Below, piece by piece: positions 49,765 to 60,153 of a stretch of DNA of 64,000 nucleotides. The first letter of the stretch is position 1. Every line of letters begins with the position of its first letter. The translations under genes were made by a program, and so were the position numbers. The notes below the pieces were generated by a model. It was not told the origin of the DNA. It did no database searches and saw only the letters and a program-made list of their open reading frames with translations. This DNA comes from Candidatus Latescibacterota bacterium (lineage in GTDB: Bacteria; Latescibacterota; UBA2968): NCBI GenBank assembly GCA_965205975.1, contig OZ242195.1, forward strand, positions 5,088,001-5,152,000, written 5' to 3'.

Positions 49765-49777
49765 GTGGCATCTCCTC

Positions 49778-50791
49778 CTATCTCAGGTGAACAGGTGCGC
49801 CCCGATCCCGTGCGGATGCTTCAGCGGCGAAGCAGGCCAGATGGGTGTTGACCGCTACTGATAGATTGTCGTGGGATTCCATATCGGTCGTGATACAGTC
49901 GATGAAGTGGTCGATCATTTCCTGGAAGGGGTGGTGTGATACTGCGCCGCTGTCTGGCAATACGGTTGGAATCTCAGCCAGATCCTGTTGTCCGGGGATT
50001 TGTTTTGTATAAAATCGGTTGTTGCGGATTATGCCTTCGTCGCCAAATACTTCCAGGTTGAATACATAGGGCATAAAAAATTCGGTCGATCCGGAAATTT
50101 TTCCCGCGGTGCCGCGTTCGAACTGAACCGCGGCTGCGGTTGTTGCGAGATATGTTTCGGGATGACTGGAATTGCGAGCAGAGACGCCCGATACCTGAAT
50201 GATGGGGTCGTTATCCAGCACATATCGCGCAGCATCCACTGCATGACAGCCTCCGTGTACAATAGCCCCGGCATTCATGGGATTCCACCCGGGTTTTTCA
50301 AATTTTTTGGGGCGCTGATGGGTTGGTCCGTGCCAGTAGTCGGCCTGTACGAGAAGTGGCTGTCCGATCCATCCTTTTTCAATGGCCTGTTTGATGGACA
50401 GCACCATTGGGTTCCATCGCAGGACAAAGCTCACGACGGTTTTTACCCCGGCTTTTTGAACCGCTGCATCCATGGCGTGAAGTTCGTCTGGGTTCAAGGC
50501 CACGGGTTTTTCGATCAGGATGTGTTTGCCAGCTTCGGCTGCTGCGATGGCTTCTGCGGCGTGTAAATCCGGGGGGGTGCAAATCGATACCAGGTCCACG
50601 CCGGGATGGGCGATCATGCGGTCGTAAGAATCGAATAGTTCACAATCTATACCGCAGGCGATGGCCTTTTTTTTCGCGCTTTCTAACGTGCGACTGCCAA
50701 TGGCTACGACCCGGGTATGGGGATTGTTCTGGTATGCTTTGATATGTTCGGTGGATACATTTCCCGCGCCCTGAATTGCCACGCCGATCAT
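49778..50791 (-). CDS. Gfo/Idh/MocA oxidoreductase
   Basis: GAGNV, ICTPPDLH, HILIEKP, GCHAVD. Confidence 0.9.
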   Translation of the reverse strand: MIGVAIQGAGNVSTEHIKAYQNNPHTRVVAIGSRTLESAKKKAIACGIDCELFDSYDRMIAHPGVDLVSICTPPDLHAAEAIAAAEAGKHILIEKPVALNPDELHAMDAAVQKAGVKTVVSFVLRWNPMVLSIKQAIEKGWIGQPLLVQADYWHGPTHQRPKKFEKPGWNPMNAGAIVHGGCHAVDAARYVLDNDPIIQVSGVSARNSSHPETYLATTAAAVQFERGTAGKISGSTEFFMPYVFNLEVFGDEGIIRNNRFYTKQIPGQQDLAEIPTVLPDSGAVSHHPFQEMIDHFIDCITTDMESHDNLSVAVNTHLACFAAEASARDRGAPVHLR

Positions 50792-50804
50792 CGCAATTTC
50801 CTTT

Positions 50805-52769
50805 TTAATAATTGTGTACATTGTGCCCGCGTGCGGGGAACCACACCCAATCGATGGCGAAGACCAGAGCTGTACTCAAAGCCTGGGCGACGATCAATCC
50901 AATAAAAAAGGGCTTGCCGCGTTCGTAGAGATCCACGCCGCCTATTCTCATCAGCAGGGATTTGATTGCCCAGACGATCAGAATTGAAAATACGACCTTT
51001 GTGACGCCGTAGTTGCCCTGTATGGCCAGGCCAATGGGATGCAGGGGCCACCAGGGGAGCCAATAGCGCGCCATCGTGAACGCGGCCATAGCTGCCGCAC
51101 CGATTAAAGCCCATATCGCCAATCCGCCTTTGCCACCCATTGGAATTGGGTTGCGGATGGAGTTGATAGCTTTGTTAAATGCGCCAGGCGCGGCGTTTTT
51201 GAGTCCCATGTTGCCCAGGTTGTACGCGCCATAAGCGTATCCCAGGTACAGTGTGTTGGCAATGGAAACCACATAGCCCAGGATGAGTGATATCCCGATC
51301 ATCAGGGCAATCTGTCTGGGTTTTACCACGCGATCTACGGCTTTGACCGATTGTGTCATAGCGGGCATGACATAGCCTTTGCCAGCGCTGTTAAATATCC
51401 GCATAAACGATAGGATTGTGACACTTTGCCCGCTGATTGTTGGTGTGCCCCAAATTTGCAACGCCGCGTCAAAAGGCTGTACCTGATAGTACACGTACAC
51501 GAGGCCGAGTTCGGCAACCACGCGAGAAAGCCCCAAAAATGTCAACAGGGCAATTGGCAAAAATGTGAGGATGACGAATAGTGCCAGGCCCGCAGCGTAT
51601 AACCACGCGGCGACAAACGATAGGGAGACAATCAGGCCGATCACAGCCGTGCGATACGATAGTAATTCGCCGCTGTCATCGACATCGCAATCTATATGCA
51701 TGGCTTTTCGCCAGACATCTGTGAGATGTGCGCGGCCCATCCACAGGCTCCAAATCGCCAGAAAAATGAGTGCGCCCCCGCTTTGCCAACCCAGTGCGGG
51801 GCTTTGCCACTGTCGGTCTGCTGCACCCGGCGTGTACCCAAATTTGTTGAATAAAAGGACTTCAAAGCCAGATAAAAACACCCATACCCAAACGCTGAAT
51901 AGCACGTCCAATCGCGCAAAATAACCGAAGCCAATTGCGTAAAAACTGACTCTGCGAATTAAAAAAGGATAGTCGGGATAGAACCGAAACTGCCCGCCTT
52001 CAAACGGGATGTGCGGAAAAATCGGTGTGAAGTACGACCCGATGTTCCAGACTTTCAGCAGCATCACGAGACCAAACGCGATCCAGAAAAGCGGCGACGA
52101 AAAAACTTGAGATAGCTTGCCCCCTTTTTGGGTCTGGGTCAATAGTGTGCCGACTTCTACGATGGGATAGGTCAAGCGTTCGTGATCTACCCACTGTCGG
52201 CGCAACATGACGACCACACAAAAAACGGCAAATGCGACTGCGCCGAGGAAACATGTCCACCAGAAAAGCGGGGTTATCCACGCGCCAAGTGCGGGGATAT
52301 GGCCTGCGGGCGTGCCTTCGTAAAACCAGTTCATCGCGCCCGTATCATTTTGCGGTGCCAGCCACGTTGGGATATTGTGATGGAGATAAAAATTCCATCC
52401 ATTTTCTGGCGTGGCAAAATAATACACCCCGGCCAAGACACCGATGAGGTGCCCGGTAACGCCGTCATAAGGCACAATTGCGGCGACGAGTCCCATCCCC
52501 AAAACCACGCGCAATTCCGGTGGTGTGAGCACGAGAGAGGGCAAGAACCGGCGCGCGATGATGTTCAATACGGCCAGCGATAAGAATGGAAAGAACAGTG
52601 CCAGGGGGAAATGGCTGCGACTGATATTGGAGCCGCTCATGTAGTAAGCCATCCACTCGTCCCACAAGACGGTTGCGATGATGATCACGATGGCTACAAA
52701 AATGGCCCGGGGCGTTACGGCGCGGCCGCTTTGAACCTCAGGTGCCCGATATGTCGATGCTTCTGCCAT
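50805..52769 (-). CDS. DUF6785-like polytopic membrane protein (putative transporter)
   Basis: YFATPENGW, LRRQWVDHERLTYP, WWPLHPIG, PFFIGLI; many TM segments. Confidence 0.75.
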   Translation of the reverse strand: MAEASTYRAPEVQSGRAVTPRAIFVAIVIIIATVLWDEWMAYYMSGSNISRSHFPLALFFPFLSLAVLNIIARRFLPSLVLTPPELRVVLGMGLVAAIVPYDGVTGHLIGVLAGVYYFATPENGWNFYLHHNIPTWLAPQNDTGAMNWFYEGTPAGHIPALGAWITPLFWWTCFLGAVAFAVFCVVVMLRRQWVDHERLTYPIVEVGTLLTQTQKGGKLSQVFSSPLFWIAFGLVMLLKVWNIGSYFTPIFPHIPFEGGQFRFYPDYPFLIRRVSFYAIGFGYFARLDVLFSVWVWVFLSGFEVLLFNKFGYTPGAADRQWQSPALGWQSGGALIFLAIWSLWMGRAHLTDVWRKAMHIDCDVDDSGELLSYRTAVIGLIVSLSFVAAWLYAAGLALFVILTFLPIALLTFLGLSRVVAELGLVYVYYQVQPFDAALQIWGTPTISGQSVTILSFMRIFNSAGKGYVMPAMTQSVKAVDRVVKPRQIALMIGISLILGYVVSIANTLYLGYAYGAYNLGNMGLKNAAPGAFNKAINSIRNPIPMGGKGGLAIWALIGAAAMAAFTMARYWLPWWPLHPIGLAIQGNYGVTKVVFSILIVWAIKSLLMRIGGVDLYERGKPFFIGLIVAQALSTALVFAIDWVWFPARGHNVHNY

Positions 52770-52770
52770 T

Positions 52771-54666
52771 TTATTCCAAATGCCAATCGGGGTCTTCGAG
52801 GGCTTCATAGACCACGCCGCCTTCGACCTGCATCGGCATGGGCACACCGGTGAGATAACAGATTGTGGGCGCGACATCGATTGAGCGCACTTGTTTTGTG
52901 AGCAGGCCAGTCTGCTTAATTCCCGCGCCCGCAATCACAAATGTCGAATGCTGACCGGCCATGCCAAAGCTCACCGAGGGCAATTGCTTGCCGTGCGCGC
53001 CGTCAAATTCGGGATGCAGTGCATAGACCACATCGCCGACCAGATCGCTCCACAAGTTGACCATTTCGGCATTTTCGCGGCTCAGAGCCAGCGCGAAGGG
53101 GTGGCGCCCAGTGGCTTCGTCTTTGTATTCCATCAGCGCGGCAATTAGTTCTCGGCGCACTGTTTCGTAATCGTCCTGGGGAACAATTCCGTCGGGTTCG
53201 CGCCCTTCCAGATTGATGAAGATATGCACCAATCCCACATCGCAGGCGCGCGTTTTGCTCCAGTCGATTTGCCCATTTTCGTGGTATTTCACAAATCCCG
53301 TTTCTGTGAGGACTTTGCGGATGTTGACCGCGGGGAATTGATTGGATGTGCCGCCGTGATCGGCTACCACTGCGACGACGGTATCGTCATCGGCAATATC
53401 GTCAACGATGCGACCGATCATGCGATCAATTGACTGATAGGTGCGGAAGACGCCTTCGCGCGACCGCTCGAGGACCGATTGCTCGGCACCGCTCGTGGGA
53501 TCGGCCTGTCCGAGGAAGAAGTGGCTCGTATAATCCGACGCGTGCGTTTCAATCATCAGCAGATCCCATGGGCGAGATCCCGTCAGATACTGCGCCACAT
53601 CGGCCAGTCGCTGGTGGTGGAATTCCAGCAATTCAAAATACGTGTCGTCGTCAATTACGCCCAGGGCATCGCGGGCGGGATTTTGCAAGAAGTTACCGAC
53701 GTTTTCGTCGATTTCCCGCGCGATTGACGCCGGTTTGGTATAGCCATCGGGAGGCCAGATTTGCGGTACGAATAGCTCGAACATATCGGCATTTTCGGTC
53801 AGGGAGATCAGCTTCATCTGTACGTGACCGCTTACCTGTTCGCCGTCGATTTCAAATGTGTCGAGCCACCAATCGCTCCATTCGCCCGCGCCGAGGTCAC
53901 ATACTTTTGTATCCCCGTCCCGCGTGTGGCATACGGACACGCGATCGTATCCCTTTGCGGTTGTCGCGTAGATCAAACCGTAGAATGGTTTGGGCGTGCC
54001 TTTCTTTCCCCGGTTCATGGGTGCGCGCCCGCGTGCCAGAGGCGTGATCACCATTTCGACTTCGAGCGGTGGCTTTTCGGAATCGGGCAGTGCTGTCCAT
54101 CCATCTGCCGCTTTGAGGGTGACGGGATCAAATTCTGATACGGTTTGCAGGGCACTCGGGTCCAGTGTTTCGGGGTCGCGCTGTACGACCAGTCGCCGCG
54201 GTGCCCACTTGCCTCCTACAAATAAGTGATAGCCCGCGACTTGATGGTGATTGGATACGCCGGGTCCCGTACCTTCCACCTGGATCCCGGTCGTGACGGT
54301 GGGCGGCCACGACATTTCCCATTTGACCAGAATTGGCGTTTTACCCGCACGTTCATAAGTGTTCCAGATATATTCCGATTTGGACAGATCCGTATTGATG
54401 CCCCAGACGGTCTGATCCAGTCGTTTGCCCAGGGCGCGGATGTTAAAATCCATCACTTCGTGATTGCCCGGCCATGATCCCGTGGCTATAGCCGTCCATC
54501 CCGGTGGCGTGAGGGTGGGAAATACGCCAATCATGGGGCGCCAGGCTCCGCGTTCCATTAGTTTTGCGACATTGGGCATGTGTCCCCAGTCGGCCAGGTT
54601 TTTCACTATTTCCATGCTCGCCCCATCCATCCCTATGACAATTGCCTTTTTTGCTGGACTTTCCAT
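52771..54666 (-). CDS. Alkaline phosphatase superfamily / type I phosphodiesterase
   Basis: IGMDGA, TPPGW..ATG, ADHG, INLEGREPDGIV, IDVAPT. Confidence 0.88.
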   Translation of the reverse strand: MESPAKKAIVIGMDGASMEIVKNLADWGHMPNVAKLMERGAWRPMIGVFPTLTPPGWTAIATGSWPGNHEVMDFNIRALGKRLDQTVWGINTDLSKSEYIWNTYERAGKTPILVKWEMSWPPTVTTGIQVEGTGPGVSNHHQVAGYHLFVGGKWAPRRLVVQRDPETLDPSALQTVSEFDPVTLKAADGWTALPDSEKPPLEVEMVITPLARGRAPMNRGKKGTPKPFYGLIYATTAKGYDRVSVCHTRDGDTKVCDLGAGEWSDWWLDTFEIDGEQVSGHVQMKLISLTENADMFELFVPQIWPPDGYTKPASIAREIDENVGNFLQNPARDALGVIDDDTYFELLEFHHQRLADVAQYLTGSRPWDLLMIETHASDYTSHFFLGQADPTSGAEQSVLERSREGVFRTYQSIDRMIGRIVDDIADDDTVVAVVADHGGTSNQFPAVNIRKVLTETGFVKYHENGQIDWSKTRACDVGLVHIFINLEGREPDGIVPQDDYETVRRELIAALMEYKDEATGRHPFALALSRENAEMVNLWSDLVGDVVYALHPEFDGAHGKQLPSVSFGMAGQHSTFVIAGAGIKQTGLLTKQVRSIDVAPTICYLTGVPMPMQVEGGVVYEALEDPDWHLE

Positions 54667-54705
54667 ATACTCCTCCTCAAAGTGATTGAAGAACGTCTCG
54701 CGTTA

Positions 54706-55419
54706 TCACACGTCGCGTTTGTAATAATTTTCCCAGCGTTCAGCCGGTTCGTAACCCAAAATGCGTTTTGCTTTTTCCATGGTGTATTTCTGGTGCGCTG
54801 TCATACTCACCATGTTGAATTCCTGATAATTATCCGGCACGGATTCGATATCCAGCGCGAGACAACACGCATGGGCCAGGTCTTTCCAAAATATGCGAAA
54901 TGGAGGGAAGTCCTCGCCTTTGATTGGCTCACTCGGCTCCAGACCCAGGCCGTTGAATACAAAACAAATCGTCTGTATATCGTATATTCGCGCATACGTG
55001 CGACATATCTCGTAGCTGAGCATTTTGGTTATGCCGTAATACCCGGTGCCGGGGGCGCGGGGGACATCGGTGATTTCAAAATCCTGATCGTAATAACTCC
55101 GCACCAGTTGTGGTCCCGTATGCACCACTTTTTTGATGCCCAATTCGGCGGCGGCTTTCATGACGTGCAGCGCGCCCAGTGTACTGACGTGAAAGCTCAG
55201 TATGGGGTCGGGACGGTTCACTGTAAAATTCATCACCGCGTCCATGCCCCGCATTGCATCGCGCACCTGGTCGTAATCGCGCATATCTACATGTTCGATG
55301 GGCCGACCATCGGGATAGGGCTTTACGTCGGCCAATGTGAAATCGCAATGCGGTTCCATATCCGGTATGATATTGGGAGCAATCTGTCCCGAAGCACCCA
55401 GCAAAAGTACTTTTTTCAC
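54706..55419 (-). CDS. NAD-dependent epimerase/dehydratase family protein
   Basis: LLGASGQIA, YGITK, KAKRILGYEP. Confidence 0.85.
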   Translation of the reverse strand: MKKVLLLGASGQIAPNIIPDMEPHCDFTLADVKPYPDGRPIEHVDMRDYDQVRDAMRGMDAVMNFTVNRPDPILSFHVSTLGALHVMKAAAELGIKKVVHTGPQLVRSYYDQDFEITDVPRAPGTGYYGITKMLSYEICRTYARIYDIQTICFVFNGLGLEPSEPIKGEDFPPFRIFWKDLAHACCLALDIESVPDNYQEFNMVSMTAHQKYTMEKAKRILGYEPAERWENYYKRDV

Positions 55420-56183
55420 GCGTCACCTCCACGCCAGATGGCTTCAAAATTGTGTTGCGGTTGAAATCCTCGCAATTGAGATCCACTAATTTTGCCGACC
55501 AGATATTTTGGATTTGGAATGTCTGCACAAATGTGATGGAGGGCAAATCGCCTGTTCCATTTCAATTCGGACTGGGCATCGCGATTGAGCGATAGGCGAA
55601 ATGCCCGCGCCGCATCGCGATAATCGACCCACATGAGGTCTGGGTCCAGTGGGGAAGCATCTTCTTCTGCTATTAGCTTGCCCAGTCGCAATACTGTGAC
55701 GGCTACGGGAAAATCGCGCGCAAATTCGCGTGCTGTCATTTCGCCGAGATACCGCGTAAGTTGGAATTTGTCCGTGGATGGCAAGGGACGCCACATTTCG
55801 CTGATATATACATCATCGGGATAGGCTTCAAATATTTGGAGGGTGCTTCCATATACAAACCGCTTTATACCGGCATCTATACCAGCTTTGAATAGGACAT
55901 GGGTGCCCCGCGTTGCCAAATCGAGTAATTCACGTTCGCAGGCGAAATCGTCTTCTGGTAGATTGGGGGGTGGCTCACCTGTGTATATAATAGCCTGCAT
56001 GTTTCGAACAGCACGCCACGCTACGTCTGGGTCGCGCAGGTCGCCTTCAAAATAGGTGATGTTTTCATCCTGTTCAGAAGGCGGGTCGCCCGTTCCCCAT
56101 AGTCGCAACTGGTTGCCTGGTGCCAATTCTCTGGCGATGGCCTGTCCCAGATGGCTCTCGGCTCCTGTTATCAGTACATTCAT
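55416..56183 (-). CDS. NAD-dependent epimerase/dehydratase family protein (atypical)
   Basis: VLITGAESHLG, GDLRD, RFVYGST; the catalytic YxxxK reads FQLTR. Confidence 0.75.
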   Translation of the reverse strand: MNVLITGAESHLGQAIARELAPGNQLRLWGTGDPPSEQDENITYFEGDLRDPDVAWRAVRNMQAIIYTGEPPPNLPEDDFACERELLDLATRGTHVLFKAGIDAGIKRFVYGSTLQIFEAYPDDVYISEMWRPLPSTDKFQLTRYLGEMTAREFARDFPVAVTVLRLGKLIAEEDASPLDPDLMWVDYRDAARAFRLSLNRDAQSELKWNRRFALHHICADIPNPKYLVGKISGSQLRGFQPQHNFEAIWRGGDA

Positions 56184-56890
56184 AATTTATCCTCCAGATC
56201 AGATTCCCATCCAAATTGCTGGCATAAGCGCTGAATGGGGCCGGGGATTGGCGCGGAGATTTCGATCCATTTCTCCGATTTGGGGTGTGCAAAACCGATG
56301 CGGGTAGCCATTAGGAGCAATCGGTCAATTTCAAAATGGGATTGAAAAAAGCGATTGTGATGGCGGTCTCCATAGCGCGTATCGCCGATGATTGGATGGT
56401 GCAGATGCGCACAGTGGCGGCGGATTTGGTGTTGCCGACCTGTTACTGGCATTGCGCGCATGAGCGAATACCGCGCGGTTTCATATCGGCCCACGGGGTA
56501 CGGTAGTTCAACTGTGCCTTTGCAGTGAAAATCTGTGACGGCATCGACGGGCGACGATGTGTTAGGTGGGCAATAGGCGTGGTGTATCCGCCCTTTGTCT
56601 GGTAAGTACCCGCGCACTACGACCAGATATTCTTTTTTTACCTGTCGCGCTGAAAATGCAGCGCCCAATGTGCGTGCGATTTCAGGGCGAAGTGCGAATA
56701 GTACAACGCCCGATGTCCCGCGATCCAGGCGGTGAACCGGATAAACCCACTGCCCGAGTTGATTTCGCAATACGGGCATACAACACATGGTCGATCGATC
56801 CAGGTGGGTCTGGTGTACAAACCAGCCACACGGTTTTTGTATGGCAACAAGATCATTGTCGCCATACAGGATGTTCAGCTTCAAAATCAA
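56180..56890 (-). CDS. RluA/TruC family pseudouridine synthase
   Basis: VHRLDRGTSG, TGRQHQIRRH, HPIIGD.RYG; most like TruC. Confidence 0.9.
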   Translation of the reverse strand: MILKLNILYGDNDLVAIQKPCGWFVHQTHLDRSTMCCMPVLRNQLGQWVYPVHRLDRGTSGVVLFALRPEIARTLGAAFSARQVKKEYLVVVRGYLPDKGRIHHAYCPPNTSSPVDAVTDFHCKGTVELPYPVGRYETARYSLMRAMPVTGRQHQIRRHCAHLHHPIIGDTRYGDRHHNRFFQSHFEIDRLLLMATRIGFAHPKSEKWIEISAPIPGPIQRLCQQFGWESDLEDKL

Positions 56891-56896
56891 TTCTCG

Positions 56897-57595
56897 CTAC
56901 TTAATCTCGAGCAATTCCAATTCGAATATAAGCGTTGAATTGGGACTAATTTGCCCGGCTTGCCGCGCGCCATAAGCCAGATAGGAGGGGATATAGAGTT
57001 CCCATTTTGATCCTGAGGGCATGAGTTGCAGGGCTTCTGTCCAGCCGGGAATGAGTTGATCTACGCGAAATTGCGCCGGTTCCCCGCGGCTATAAGAACT
57101 GTCAAATTCCGTGCCGTCGAGCAATGTCCCGCGATAGTGGCATACTACTGAGTCAGTTTTTTGGGGTTTCGCCCCGTCGCCGGCTTTGATCACTTTGTAT
57201 TGCAAGCCGCTGTCCAATGTCACTACGCCTTCTTTTTTCATGTTTTCCGCGAGGAAAGCCTCGCCAGCTTTTTTGTTTTCTGCTGCCATTTTGTTTTTCT
57301 CCGCTTGTTGTTGTGCCATTTGTTCCTGTCTTATCTCGAGTATAAATTTTACTGCCTCGTCCCAGGAAAGCAGGGGGGATTCTCCAGAATAACCGTCTTT
57401 GAATCCCTGTACAAATACATCCAGATCAATAGCCATGCCCTGCTGCTGTTTTAATTGATGGGATAAATCTAAGCCTATTGCATAACTCAGCTTATGTTCC
57501 TTGTCCTCGAGGTTGACTTCTACAAATTCGGGTTTTTCCTGTGCCTGGCAACCCAATAAGCCAGCAGCAATGAATACTGCAAAAAGACGCTTCAT
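56897..57595 (-). CDS. FKBP-type peptidyl-prolyl isomerase (FkpA/Mip-like lipoprotein)
   Basis: LLGC lipobox, SYAIG, SGLQYKV, HYRGTL.DGTEFDSS, IPGWTEAL. Confidence 0.95.
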   Translation of the reverse strand: MKRLFAVFIAAGLLGCQAQEKPEFVEVNLEDKEHKLSYAIGLDLSHQLKQQQGMAIDLDVFVQGFKDGYSGESPLLSWDEAVKFILEIRQEQMAQQQAEKNKMAAENKKAGEAFLAENMKKEGVVTLDSGLQYKVIKAGDGAKPQKTDSVVCHYRGTLLDGTEFDSSYSRGEPAQFRVDQLIPGWTEALQLMPSGSKWELYIPSYLAYGARQAGQISPNSTLIFELELLEIK

Positions 57596-57616
57596 GTTTT
57601 CTCCTGAATGATAGGG

Positions 57617-57696
57617 TGCGAATCTACGAATCTGCGAATCTACGAATCTGCGAATCTACGAATCTGCGAATCTACGAATCTGCGAATCTACGAATC
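57617..57696. repeat. Perfect 16-bp tandem repeat (TGCGAATCTACGAATC) x5
   Basis: Read directly from the sequence. Confidence 0.95.
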
Positions 57697-57765
57697 AATG
57701 TAGGGGCGGTGCCCCTGTGCCCTCCCGTTGGGTGGTGGGGCGGGGTTCGTCTATTCGTCTATTCG
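57694..57765 (+). repeat. 72-bp direct repeat copy 1 (GTAG REP-like core)
   Basis: ATCAATGTAGGGGCGGTGCCCCTGTGCCC.CCCGTTGGGTGGT.GGGCGGGGTTCGTCTATTCG; 3 mismatches to copy 2. Confidence 0.9.
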
Positions 57766-59279
57766 CCAAATCGCGTTTTTACTTCCGATAGCACAATATC
57801 TGGAATATCCTCTGTGCGCTCAACTGCATAAACACAAATGTGATCCGCAACAGCAGCCCGCTGACGGAATCGTTGGGCATCCCGGTTTTGCGCTACGTGA
57901 ACAGCGGTTACCCGGTTTTCTTTTTGGATCAGAAATTGCATCAGTGCATCGAGGTTGGTGATCTGCATATCTGTTATGAGAAAAATATCCACATGATTTT
58001 TGAGAAGGGGGTCCAGATCGGGCAGATGTAACGCGGTTCCACCACCGAAGTAGCGGCACAGTGTGAAGAATACGCGCTTGCGATCTCTTGAGAAATCCAG
58101 TACTTCTTTTCCTCCTGCCTGTGCATCGCTAAAATTGTAAACGGCCACGCGCTTGCCCCGTCGCAAATACGCGTCGGCCGCGCATCCGGCACCTAAGACA
58201 GCGTGGGATGTTTCTCGACACGGATCGACCATACTGCCCGATGAATCGACAATGACCACACAATCGGGTATGCCATCGCCATCGCCGTGGGTTTCGCCAT
58301 CTCGCCAGTTCCACATCTGGGAAATGCCCGGCATGACGCGCCCAAAACTCGTCCACACATCGATATGTTGAACGGGTTTGCCAATTTCCCAGGGCGAGTG
58401 AGAATGCGGATGTAATCCGCCCACTTTTTCCAGGGGTATGGTTTGCACGGGCAAGCGAAATGCGGATGCGCGCGCCATGTAGAACAAGAGGTCGGCATCT
58501 GAGGGCGTGCCTTTGCCCCGGCCCATATCGGGCATCATGTTGGCGTCTTGTAGTTCGTCGGCAAAATCGCGCACCATTTCTCGAAAGGCATAAAATCCCT
58601 GCTCGGCAAATTGCGCCATTCCCTCCGCGAGTTCGCCTGCGGAATACTGCTGGGTATCGCCCATCATGCCACCCTGTCCATTTCCATCGTCCATTTCTTT
58701 TTGGATTAACGGGGCAATTACCTGTGCAAATGACCGAAGGCTATCGCCCCACTGCGAGGTGTCCAGATAGGGTATGCGGGCGAGCCGATCTACTTCGTCG
58801 CGATCTTCCACGCCCAAATTTTCCCCCCAAAGGCGCTGATACAATGCCCGAATTACGTCTGTCACTTCACTCGATTCAGTGTGGCGATACACTTCGGACA
58901 ATTTTGATTCGCGCTCGCGCACGGCATGGGTATCGACCACTACGTCCGAGAAATATTCGACTACCTGCTTGACCAATGCCCCATCCAATAACACGGGTTT
59001 GAGCGTGGCATATAGCTTTAAATGCGTCTCAAAATCCCAGGGACAAACAGTGTGATGCCCCACGCCGTGGTCCAGCAGTGCAGAGGTGGCGTCTTCTATG
59101 TCCATTACTTGCGCGAGGGCGGTCAGCCGATTGGCATTCAATTGGATCACTTTGTCCGTCATTTGAATGCTCGCGGCTTCGTCGCCTGTTTCGATTACTT
59201 CTGGCGTCGGCAATTCGGGAAATAGATGGCGCTTGCGAACAGCGGGCCAAATGCGCTGGATGATGTCGTTGAAGTTCAT
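57759..59279 (-). CDS. VWA-domain protein with a degenerate metallopeptidase-like N-terminus
   Basis: VDSSGSM MIDAS, GGGT, LITD; N-terminal DHGVGHH..P.D. Confidence 0.8.
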   Translation of the reverse strand: MNFNDIIQRIWPAVRKRHLFPELPTPEVIETGDEAASIQMTDKVIQLNANRLTALAQVMDIEDATSALLDHGVGHHTVCPWDFETHLKLYATLKPVLLDGALVKQVVEYFSDVVVDTHAVRERESKLSEVYRHTESSEVTDVIRALYQRLWGENLGVEDRDEVDRLARIPYLDTSQWGDSLRSFAQVIAPLIQKEMDDGNGQGGMMGDTQQYSAGELAEGMAQFAEQGFYAFREMVRDFADELQDANMMPDMGRGKGTPSDADLLFYMARASAFRLPVQTIPLEKVGGLHPHSHSPWEIGKPVQHIDVWTSFGRVMPGISQMWNWRDGETHGDGDGIPDCVVIVDSSGSMVDPCRETSHAVLGAGCAADAYLRRGKRVAVYNFSDAQAGGKEVLDFSRDRKRVFFTLCRYFGGGTALHLPDLDPLLKNHVDIFLITDMQITNLDALMQFLIQKENRVTAVHVAQNRDAQRFRQRAAVADHICVYAVERTEDIPDIVLSEVKTRFGE

Positions 59280-59331
59280 GGATTAGTGATTAGTGGTTAA
59301 GGGTTAGTCCGCCCAGCCCCCAATCCCTCTA

Positions 59332-60138
59332 TTATTTTATCTGCGTCCATCTGCGTCCATCTGCGGATGCTTTTTCCCCTCTGAGCATTTGGTCGCGGTG
59401 GTAAATCGCGCCGCCTTCAACATTGCCCACACCTCCCAGGCGTCCATTGATGTGGATTTCGCCGGCTTGCATTTGTTCGCCAATAGATCTGCCGGCGTCT
59501 CCCGATACTTCAATCCGCCCGTCGATCATACCTGCACCCAGATAGTGTCGGACATTCCCCTCGACCTTTAGGCAACCCCCCATGAGCGAAATGCCCGTGA
59601 GGTCGCCCAGGTCGCCCACAATGGTGAGTGTAATGTCTTTGCGAAGGCGATATCCCATAAGAGACAGGCGCAAATCGTGACCTGTGAGATCGAGATGAAT
59701 ATCCGATTGAGACGATGCGTTGCAAAAGGCCGATAAGAACAAGCCGAGGGGTTCCATGACAAAAAAAGCCGCGTCATTACTTTGAAGGGCGTGCGCGCAA
59801 AATGCTTCGAGATCAGTCATTTCCCAATCGATTTTTCCCACTATCTGCGATGCCGCAGCATAGGTCGATTCAATGGTTTTGCGGTCGGCTTGCCAGAGCC
59901 CCTCGCCGACGCATTCGGCGATCAGGGTGCGGTAAGCTGCCGTCAACCGATCCATTGCCTCGGTGTGAGATGCGAGAATTTCATCCATGGGCAGGGCGCG
60001 CTTTTTGCGTGTGTTTTCGACAAATTCGGCGAAGGGATTGCGCTTTGGGGATAGCAAGCCATTGACGCGCACTGCGTTTTCAGGGTTCAAATCGGATGAT
60101 GCAATCCGATCAAATTCTCGAAATGGATTTTTTCGCAT
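59332..60138 (-). CDS. GXGXG (FwdC / GltB-C-like) beta-helix domain protein
   Basis: GLFLSA; GDLGDLTG..MGG.LKVEGNV..LGAGM.DGRIEVSGDAG..IGE.M.AGEIHING. Confidence 0.75.
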   Translation of the reverse strand: MRKNPFREFDRIASSDLNPENAVRVNGLLSPKRNPFAEFVENTRKKRALPMDEILASHTEAMDRLTAAYRTLIAECVGEGLWQADRKTIESTYAAASQIVGKIDWEMTDLEAFCAHALQSNDAAFFVMEPLGLFLSAFCNASSQSDIHLDLTGHDLRLSLMGYRLRKDITLTIVGDLGDLTGISLMGGCLKVEGNVRHYLGAGMIDGRIEVSGDAGRSIGEQMQAGEIHINGRLGGVGNVEGGAIYHRDQMLRGEKASADGRRWTQIK

Positions 60139-60153
60139 GTCTGGCTCCTGGAA

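Noticed and set aside
54580..55464. 294-aa plus-strand ORF
   Set aside because: Antisense shadow of the epimerase gene.
57617..57696. Possible CRISPR array
   Set aside because: Perfect head-to-tail repeats with no unique spacers and no cas genes nearby.
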